This document shows positions 1 through 6,600 of a stretch of DNA of 10,074 nucleotides, piece by piece. The translations under genes were made by a program, and so were the position numbers. The number at the start of each line of letters is the position of its first letter. The stretch's first letter is position 1. Origin of the DNA: a virus (taxonomy: Duplodnaviria > Heunggongvirae > Uroviricota > Caudoviricetes); the IMG/VR virus record IMGVR_UViG_648276668_000010. One strand, 5' to 3'. Under the pieces are notes generated by a model. That model was given only the letters and a program-made list of their open reading frames with translations. It ran no database searches and was not told the origin of the DNA.

Positions 1-2
1 AT

Positions 3-371
3 GGTGACGCCATTCAGGCAACAAAAGCGGCTGCGGCAATCCGTAAAATCACGATTGAAGCAAACCAGACCGCTGATTTTGAAGATAATGACTTCAGCGG
101 CAAACGCTCCCTGATGGAATCTGTCGAAGCGAAGACCAAAGACATTATGCCAGTGGCATTTGAATTTAAATGCGTTCCGTTTGAAGGTCTGAAAGAACGT
201 CCGTTTAAATTACGCCTCAGCATTATCACTGGCGATCGTCCTGTACTGGTTCTGCGCATTATTCAGCTGGAAGCGGTGCAGGAAGATATGGCTAACGAAT
301 TTCGTGATCTGCTTGTTGAGAAATTCAAAGACAGCAAAGTAGAAACCTTTATTGGTACTTTCACCGCCTGA
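3..371 (+). CDS. C-terminal part of a phage protein (5' end outside window); by synteny upstream of yfdR possibly YfdQ-like
   Basis: Frame 3 is open from position 3 to the TGA at 369-371 and gives a protein-like translation (…[43 protein letters not shown]…FIGTFTA). A strong hairpin follows. Identity inferred from position only. Confidence 0.55.
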
Positions 372-383
372 TTTCATTACTGC

Positions 384-405
384 AAATGCCCCTGCGGGGG
401 CATTT
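384..405 (+). terminator. Probable intrinsic (possibly bidirectional) terminator hairpin after the upstream phage gene
   Basis: Perfect inverted repeat AAATGCCCC-tgcg-GGGGCATTT: 9 bp stem, 4 nt loop, GC-rich core flanked by A/T runs, 13 nt after the stop at 371. Confidence 0.5.
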
Positions 406-498
406 ATGGAAACGTAATTAACTCAATAATCACCGGATGGTGAGGGCTTCCTTTTACCCAAACTCAGCGCGGTGCAGCGCATATACGTGGAGAACAAA

Positions 499-1035
499 AT
501 GTCATTTATTAAAACTTTTTCCGGGAAGCATTTTTATTATGACAAGATAAATAAAGACGACATCGTGATTAACGATATCGCGGTTTCCCTTTCAAATATC
601 TGTCGCTTTGCCGGTCATCTTTCTCACTTCTACAGTGTCGCCCAACATGCGGTGCTTTGCAGCCAGCTGGTGCCGCAGGAATTTGCTTTTGAAGCGTTAA
701 TGCATGATGCAACAGAAGCGTATTGCCAGGACATCCCCGCACCACTGAAACGCCTTCTTCCTGACTATAAACGGATGGAAGAAAAAATAGATGCAGTAAT
801 CCGTGAGAAATACGGGTTACCTCCTGTTATGAGCACGCCAGTGAAATATGCCGATCTCATTATGCTGGCAACCGAACGCCGTGATCTCGGGCTTGATGAT
901 GGCTCTTTATGGCCTGTACTGGAAGGTATCCCGGCAACAGAGATGTTCAAAGTTATTCCACTGGCACCGGGCCATGCCTACGGGATGTTTATGGAACGCT
1001 TCAACGAGTTATCGGAATTACGCAAATGTGCATAA
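499..1035 (+). CDS. yfdR: HD-domain phosphohydrolase, YfdR-type 5'-deoxynucleotidase (178 aa)
   Basis: ATG at 499 preceded by GGAG (cgtGGAGaacaaaATG). Translation MSFIKTFSGKHFYYD…HD…ELRKCA has a His/Asp-rich HD-type core (…HLSHFY…MHDATEAY…). Length 178 aa matches YfdR as I recall it. The ORF-track start at 472 is 9 codons upstream and lacks an RBS. Confidence 0.8.
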   Translation: MSFIKTFSGKHFYYDKINKDDIVINDIAVSLSNICRFAGHLSHFYSVAQHAVLCSQLVPQEFAFEALMHDATEAYCQDIPAPLKRLLPDYKRMEEKIDAVIREKYGLPPVMSTPVKYADLIMLATERRDLGLDDGSLWPVLEGIPATEMFKVIPLAPGHAYGMFMERFNELSELRKCA

Positions 1036-1904
1036 CTCATGTAGTTAGTTTTTCTGGCGGGAGAACATCCGCATATCTTGTTCACCTGATGGAAGAACAA
1101 AGAAAGGCTGGCAATAACGTCTGCTACATCTTTATGGATACCGGTTGCGAACATCCGCTGACATACCGCTTTATCCGGGAGGTTGTAAAGTTCTGGGACA
1201 TACCACTAACTGTGTTACAAGTCGATATAAATCCTGAGCTTGGGCAGCCAAATGGTTATACAGAATGGGAGCCAAAGGATATTCAGACACGAATGCCGGT
1301 GCTTAAACCGTTTATGGACATGGTTAAAAAGTACGGCACGCCATACATCGGCGGCGCGTTCTGTACTGACAGGCTAAAACTCATCCCTTTCACGAAATAC
1401 TGCGATAACCATTTCGGGCGAGGTAATTACATCACATGGCTGGGTATTCGTGCAGACGAACCCCGTAGGCTGAAACCGAAATCGGGCGTCCGGTATCTTG
1501 CCGAGCTGTCAGATTTTGATAAGTCGGATGTTATCCGGTGGTGGCGAAAACAACCTTTTGATTTGCAAATCCCGGAGCATCTCGGGAACTGTGTTTTCTG
1601 CATCAAAAAGTCAACGCAAAAGCTGGAGCTTGCATGTAAAGACGAACCAGGTCTGATGCGAGTTTTTAATGAGCTGGTTACAGGCAAACACGTCAGGGAT
1701 GGTCATCGCAGAACAGGTAAAGACATTATGTACCGTGGTCACCTGACGCTTGACGGAATTGCCAGAATGTCTGCCAACAGCGACTACAGAAATTTGTATC
1801 AGGCGATGGTACAGGCCAGGCGATTCGATACCGGTTCGTGTTCAGAGTCATGTGAAATCTGGGGTGATCAATTGGAATTGGAATTCGAAGAGGTAGGGGT
1901 ATGA
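1026..1904 (+). CDS. Phage PAPS-reductase-like PP-loop ATP pyrophosphatase family protein (lambda NinC-like), 292 aa
   Basis: N-terminal PP-loop motif VVSFSGGRTS in MCITHVVSFSGGRTSAYLV…, typical of the PAPS reductase / N-type ATP-PPase fold. Start ATG at 1026 overlaps the yfdR stop by 10 nt. The longer ORF from 909 would overlap yfdR by 127 nt and is less likely. Confidence 0.7.
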   Translation: MCITHVVSFSGGRTSAYLVHLMEEQRKAGNNVCYIFMDTGCEHPLTYRFIREVVKFWDIPLTVLQVDINPELGQPNGYTEWEPKDIQTRMPVLKPFMDMVKKYGTPYIGGAFCTDRLKLIPFTKYCDNHFGRGNYITWLGIRADEPRRLKPKSGVRYLAELSDFDKSDVIRWWRKQPFDLQIPEHLGNCVFCIKKSTQKLELACKDEPGLMRVFNELVTGKHVRDGHRRTGKDIMYRGHLTLDGIARMSANSDYRNLYQAMVQARRFDTGSCSESCEIWGDQLELEFEEVGV

Positions 1905-2245
1905 CAACCGAAATTAACTACCATGCACTGCTTGAGCGCGCACGGAATAAAGTGCAGAGCATTGATTTCGCCTTAACACAGAGTGCATTCGCTGAGATTC
2001 GCGCTGAGCTTGAAAATGATTTAGAACTGGCACGGATTGCACTGGCATCTCTGGAAGTTGAGCCAGATGAACGCGCAGCCTATGAATTATTTATGGAAAA
2101 GCGTTTCGGTAAAACAGTCGATCGTCGGAGAGCAAAAAACGGCGATAACGAATACATGGCATGGGATATGACTCTCGGTTGGATCGTCTGGCAGCAACGA
2201 GCTGGTATCCGTTTTTCAACAATGTCACAGCAAGAGGTGAAATAA
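1901..2245 (+). CDS. Hypothetical small phage protein (114 aa)
   Basis: ATG at 1901 overlaps the upstream TGA (ATGA coupling) and is preceded by GAGGTAGGGG. Acidic/helical-looking translation with no motif I recognise. Confidence 0.6.
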   Translation: MTTEINYHALLERARNKVQSIDFALTQSAFAEIRAELENDLELARIALASLEVEPDERAAYELFMEKRFGKTVDRRRAKNGDNEYMAWDMTLGWIVWQQRAGIRFSTMSQQEVK

Positions 2246-2337
2246 TGGAGCCATACAGCCTCACACTCGATGAGGCCTGTCAGTTTCTTAAAATATCCTG
2301 ATCTACCATCGCCGTCATAGAGCGTATTTTTATTACC

Positions 2338-2353
2338 TGATTTGCAGGTTCGA
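2338..2353 (+). other. tRNA T-arm-like fragment (TTGCAGGTTCGATTCC) just upstream of torI
   Basis: Contains the conserved tRNA T-loop motif GGTTCGATTCC with a 5' T-stem half GCAGG, but the 3' T-stem half is not complementary (CCCTA), so it is not a functional tRNA. Confidence 0.35.
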
Positions 2354-2376
2354 TTCCCTATTCGGAGATAGCACTC

Positions 2377-2577
2377 ATGCAACACGAACTACAGCCTGAT
2401 TCACTGGTTGATTTGAAATTCATCATGGCTGATACTGGCTTTGGTAAAACCTTCATCTATGACCGGATTAAGTCAGGCGACCTGCCAAAAGCCAAAGTTA
2501 TCCACGGGCGAGCAAGATGGTTATATCGTGACCATTGTGAATTCAAAAATAAGCTCTTAAGCCGCGCCAATGGGTAA
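2377..2577 (+). CDS. torI: TorI: KplE1 prophage excisionase / recombination directionality factor and Tor operon inhibitor (AlpA-like HTH, 66 aa)
   Basis: 66-aa product MQHELQPDSLVDLKFIMADTGFGKTFIYDRIKSGDLPKAKVIHGRARWLYRDHCEFKNKLLSRANG, which I recognise as TorI. GGAG lies 10-13 nt upstream of the ATG. Sits directly beside the att core, as expected for an RDF. Confidence 0.85.
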   Translation: MQHELQPDSLVDLKFIMADTGFGKTFIYDRIKSGDLPKAKVIHGRARWLYRDHCEFKNKLLSRANG

Positions 2578-2649
2578 AATAGCGGGTAAAATATTTCTCA
2601 CATCTAAAAAACACCATTCCAATCAATCCCCTGCTGCTTCAAGTAGATG

Positions 2650-2665
2650 TCTGCAGGGGACACCA
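2650..2665 (+). repeat. Prophage attR core: duplicated 3' end of tRNA-Arg (argW), TCTGCAGGGGACACCA
   Basis: The sequence ends in the acceptor-stem/discriminator/CCA signature of a tRNA 3' end without the rest of the tRNA, 73 nt after torI. This matches the argW 3' end as I recall it; the exact core length needs alignment. Confidence 0.6.
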
Positions 2666-3024
2666 TTTATCATCCCCCTCGCAATAACCCACTTACAATC
2701 AGTGAGTTATCTTAAAATCCTTAGTATAGTCAACCAGTACTTCGATATGTGAACGCAAATCATCATGCATTCGTGAACTTAACTGGAAACCTCCCCCATT
2801 CGATGTCAAAATGACTACCCCAATAAGTTGCCAATAATCAGGCTAATCAATACGGGTCAGTCTTGCTGGTCAGTGATCATAAAAATGTCACCTCATATTA
2901 GACTCAGCAAATAATTGTGTCGATTAAACATACTACCTTCAGCATAACCGTTCCTGAAAAATTATTATATTCAGTAATCTGAATAAATTACTGGCCTGCT
3001 ATTTTTCTTAGCAACCATATTTAG

Positions 3025-3068
3025 CAGCAAGCCAGCAAATCTGAATGATTACAGATGCTGGCCTGCTG
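3025..3068. repeat. 12-bp inverted repeat (CAGCAAGCCAGC … GCTGGCCTGCTG, one G-U wobble, 20-nt loop) in the 3' flank of the Skp-like gene; the motif CTGGCCTGCT also occurs as a direct copy at 2991-3000
   Basis: Read directly from the sequence. Lies 35-78 nt beyond the Skp-like stop on the minus strand. Could be a terminator-like or mRNA-stabilising stem-loop, or protein-binding sites. Confidence 0.45.
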
Positions 3069-3102
3069 AATCTCCCTTCTGGAAATCGTCAGAATCTAGT
3101 GA

Positions 3103-3555
3103 TTACTTACTTTGTTCTGGTTTCTCTTCATTCTTATTGTGCACTTCCACTTTGGGTAATTTATTAAAAACCAGATTTTCTTTTTCAACCAGAGTCATGA
3201 CTTCTTTGGTGATTTCAGCTGACTCGTTATGCGCAAGCACAACACCTGAAGACAATACGGCAATATTTTTAGGATTGTCTTTTCTCCATGTGCCTATGGC
3301 ATTATCTATCGCACGGGATAACACCATTTTTGCGCTATTTTCCTCAATAACATATTGTCGTTCCAGTTTTTGTCTGGCATCAAGAAGCAGCGCCTCTTTA
3401 TTCGCGTTATCTGCGAATGTTTTTTGCGCATCCTCATATCCTTTTTCAAGAATACTCTTAACCTCATTCAGATGCTTTTTGGCCATGTCTCCGGCGGTAG
3501 ACTGATTATAAATAGCATCGATATTAACAACTGCAATTTCTTTTGACTTTTTCAT
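3103..3555 (-). CDS. Skp/OmpH-family periplasmic chaperone-like protein (150 aa) with no in-frame signal peptide
   Basis: Translation aligns by eye to mature E. coli Skp at both ends: KEIAVVNIDAIYNQ vs DKIAIVNMGSLFQQ, and IAVLSSGVVLAHNESAEITKEVMTLVEK vs [28 protein letters not shown]. The encoded protein starts at MKKSKE with no hydrophobic leader, and a stop lies 16 codons upstream in frame. Markedly AT-rich compared with the adjacent autotransporter. Confidence 0.7.
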   Translation of the reverse strand: MKKSKEIAVVNIDAIYNQSTAGDMAKKHLNEVKSILEKGYEDAQKTFADNANKEALLLDARQKLERQYVIEENSAKMVLSRAIDNAIGTWRKDNPKNIAVLSSGVVLAHNESAEITKEVMTLVEKENLVFNKLPKVEVHNKNEEKPEQSK

Positions 3556-3620
3556 ATAAAAACACCAGTAAGTACAATCAGCAACAGCAGCACTACTGCA
3601 TTAACAACAGAAAATTTCAT
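3552..3620 (-). CDS. 22-codon hydrophobic mini-ORF (MKFSVVNAVVLLLLIVLTGVFI), signal-peptide-like, overlapping the Skp-like start as ATGA
   Basis: Minus-strand ATG at 3620-3618 and TGA at 3554-3552, whose TGA shares two bases with the Skp-like ATG (3555-3553). Has a basic N-terminus followed by a 13-residue hydrophobic core. No strong RBS. May be the displaced signal peptide of the Skp-like gene or an independent small membrane peptide. Confidence 0.35.
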   Translation of the reverse strand: MKFSVVNAVVLLLLIVLTGVFI

Positions 3621-3647
3621 TACAGAACTCATTATGACAACCCTGAG

Positions 3648-3672
3648 GTGGCAGGAGGTCCCCTCCTGCCAC
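3648..3672. promoter_or_regulatory. GC-rich perfect stem-loop (GTGGCAGGAGG-tcc-CCTCCTGCCAC) between the autotransporter stop and the mini-ORF/Skp-like genes
   Basis: 11-bp perfect inverted repeat with a 3-nt loop, 8 nt after the autotransporter stop codon (3680-3682). No U-tract follows on either strand, so it is not a canonical intrinsic terminator; more likely an attenuator or RNA-stability element. Confidence 0.5.
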
Positions 3673-3679
3673 TGTGTGA

Positions 3680-6600
3680 TTAGAATATATATTTAATACC
3701 CAGCATTGCCTGGGCATCACTGTACCCTTTATCGCCAGCCTGAACACCAACATTGCCCCAGACACTCAGGTTATCTGACAATTTACCCTGAACACCCGTT
3801 TTGACTTCAGCAATATTTGTAGCTCCGTCCTGACTGAGTGCCGTATTATCCATTTTGACACCCCAGCTCCGTGTATTATGGATCCAGTTAACTTCCACAA
3901 ATGGCTCAAACTGATGCGCCTTATTATCATCAGACGCACTCTTACCTTTCAGGTAAGTTCTGACGCCCAGACGACTCTGGATATTACCGTCTCCGCTGAG
4001 CTGAACTTTCGTGCCATTCTTCTCCGTATGCTCACTGGCTCTTACATTCATCCACGTGATCTGGGACTGCGGCTGAATATACCAGTCATAGTGGCTACCC
4101 TGGCTACCGATAAATTCGCCGGCTTTAAAGGTATAACCCGCTTCCACTGAACCGGTAAATCCACGGGATTTCCAGGACTCCGCAGCCAGTTTTTCACCAT
4201 TAACGGTATTATTAAACCATCCGTACTGGATCCAGGTATCGACATAAGCCCCGTTGTCATTACCGTCATTCTGCTGCCACGTTCCGTATAAACCGGTGCT
4301 GTATCCATTGATCGCACCTTTAGATTTATATCCCGAAAGCGAGGATGTCGTGGAACTCTTCTCATTTCCATAACCGGCCATAATCCCCAGTTGCAGACGG
4401 TCCTGACCGTCAGTCCATTGCGCAATGCTGCCACCCAGTTGCACAACATAACGGTTACTTTGCGTATTCAGCTGTGAACTGCTGTCCTTCCAGCGATTAT
4501 GACCGCCGATATGACGCATCCACATACTTGTTGCTTTCTTCTCACCAGTAAACACATCGGTATAGTAAGTTTCCCCCTCACGATCGTGCATTCTGATGTT
4601 GAACAGCGTGTTGGCTGCCGCTATGTTCGCAATATAAGAGCCCGCTTCCGGACGATAGACCTTCTGTACAGGTTTATCCGGCGTGGGGTGTGGCTGTGGC
4701 TGCGGTTGTGGCTGCGGCTGCGGTTGTGGTTCTGGCGGCAATTCAGAACGCAGATACCAGTTACCGTCAGTACCACCCGCATTACCTTTATGCAGGAAAT
4801 ATTCCCATGCCCCTGCCACCGCACGGTTCTGCAGTCTGAAGTTACCGTCAGAATGCCCACCGACATGCACAATCTCAATGCCGTCAGCGGTCTGAGCCCC
4901 CTGGCCCCGGACATTATTCACCACCACGCCGGTATCACCGGAGGTGTTACCCGTGACAATCAGTTTGTCAGTGGCAGAAGTATCATCCCCCAGCACGGTA
5001 TTGATAATTAACGTACCGCCACCGGTGTAATCGCCATTTACGGTCAGGGTATTTCCTGTCTTACCACCGGCCAGACGAATGACGCCGGTATTGGTCAGTG
5101 AACCAACCGTAAAATTGCTCGCCTCTGCCGTTTCATAACCTGAGAGAGCATTCAGTGATGCCAGTGTTCCCTGGTTATTAACCTGACCCGAAACGGTCCC
5201 CAGCCCACTCAGTGTGCCGCCATTAAGAACATGAATGTTTTTGGATCCTGACAACGTCGCACCAGCGGCACGGGTGACTGAATCATCACCGACAATCAGA
5301 ACGCCATTCTCAACCGTGGTATCACCGGTATAAGTCAGCTCATGATTAATAATCAGATTACCCGCCCCCTGTTTCACCAGAGCGCCGGAGCCAGTAATAT
5401 CATTCTTCAGTAACCAGTTTCCACTGGCGGTAAGCCAGGTGACACCATCACTGTCAATCAGCCCGGTGCCCAGGTGTTTTTCATCTGAAGCCCGCAGAGC
5501 AGCATCTTTCTGCACACGGAATTCACCGCTGAAATTACTGTTATCCCCGGAAAGCGTCAGATCAGTGGTGTTCAATATACCCACTGAACCTTCTCCGGAA
5601 AGCGATTTACTCAGGTTACTGCTGACTCCGCTACCGTCGGCGATATCAATCGCCAGGCGATCACTAAGGCTTTCAAAGCTGATGGAACCCTGGCTTCCCA
5701 GCCCCTGTGCGCCGTTCATTTCAACCAGCGCCCCCTGGGTAAGGCTGGCATTACCGGTAAACCCGATATTGGTGCCATGTACCGTCAGGTCGCTGCCCGT
5801 GACAGCCAGCGTTCCCTCACCGGACAGCACGTTGTTTTCAATGACGCCACCATTATCATCGCCCGGCTGACGCTGCGTGCCGCTGACCGTTAGCACACTA
5901 CCGCTATCAAGCTGAATGTGCGATCCCGTTTCTGTCTGCAGTACACCGACAGTCTGGCTGTATCCGTTTGTTCTGAAGACGGCATTGCTGGCGACGTTCA
6001 GATTACCTGTTGCGCCAAGAACATTGTCATTTGCCATCTGTAATGTGCCGCTGCGCACCAGCGTATCCCCGGTATAGTTATTACCGCCGTTAGACAGTGT
6101 GACAACCTGCCCCGCAGCTTCGATGGCCAGATCCCCTGCCCCCGTTAACTGTGCGCCAAGATCTGTCTGCAGTCCTTGGGCATTCGCTCTCGGTGTCAGC
6201 ACCAGCGCTTTATCACCGGTTCCCTGTAAATCCAGCGACTTCAGCCCATAGCCTATGTACAGTCCGTCACCTTTAATCCCGTCGGAGCTTCCCAGCAGCT
6301 TATAGTCATAATTTCCCTGAGCTACAACTTCACCGCCCTGAGTGACATCAAACGTCTGACTGTGAGAAATAGCCTGCCCGTTTTCATCCACCAGTTGCAG
6401 TTGCCCGCCAGTACCGGTGACGGTACCCGCTGCATTCACCAGTGTGACCAGGGTCTGCGCATCATCCTGCTCCAGCAAATTCTTACGGGTATCAACAGCC
6501 GGAATATCATTAATCACTTCATCTGGCATGGTGACCTGAATTGTGCCTTTCCCCCGAATATCCAGCGTACCTGCAGCAGAGGTTTCAATACTGTTGCTGG

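Larger units (their letters stand above)
1..2665 (+). mobile_element. Right-hand end of a KplE1/CPS-53-like prophage integrated at tRNA-Arg (argW); left boundary lies outside the window
   Basis: Compact same-strand phage-type genes with overlapping stops and starts, ending in torI (the KplE1 excisionase) and followed at 2650-2665 by a tRNA 3'-end core (…CTGCAGGGGACACCA). Gene order matches the yfdQ-yfdR-…-torI-attR end of E. coli CPS-53 as I recall it. Confidence 0.7.

Noticed and set aside
909-1025. Longer N-terminal extension of the PAPS-reductase-like ORF starting at the ATG at 909
   Set aside because: It would overlap yfdR by 127 nt in another frame. The ATG at 1026 places the PP-loop motif near the N-terminus, as is common in this family, and gives a typical short overlap.
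14-2385. Minus-strand and alternative-frame ORFs inside the prophage genes (14-259, 765-950, 848-1048, 1427-1687, 2080-2385)
   Set aside because: They overlap better-supported plus-strand genes that have RBSs and coherent products, and have no recognisable features.
2570-2752. 60-aa plus-strand ORF after torI
   Set aside because: It spans the attR core and the prophage/host junction, has no RBS, and overlaps the torI stop; most likely a chance ORF in the att region.
3137-3546. Plus-strand ORFs (3137-3505, 3355-3546) opposite the skp-like gene
   Set aside because: Antisense to an ORF with clear family-level similarity; Cys/Ser/Phe-rich low-complexity translations typical of AT-rich antisense frames.
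4683-4895. Plus-strand ORF translating as MGCGCGCGCGCGCGCG…
   Set aside because: It is the antisense reading of the (PQ)n hexanucleotide repeat inside the autotransporter gene, a repeat artefact rather than a gene.
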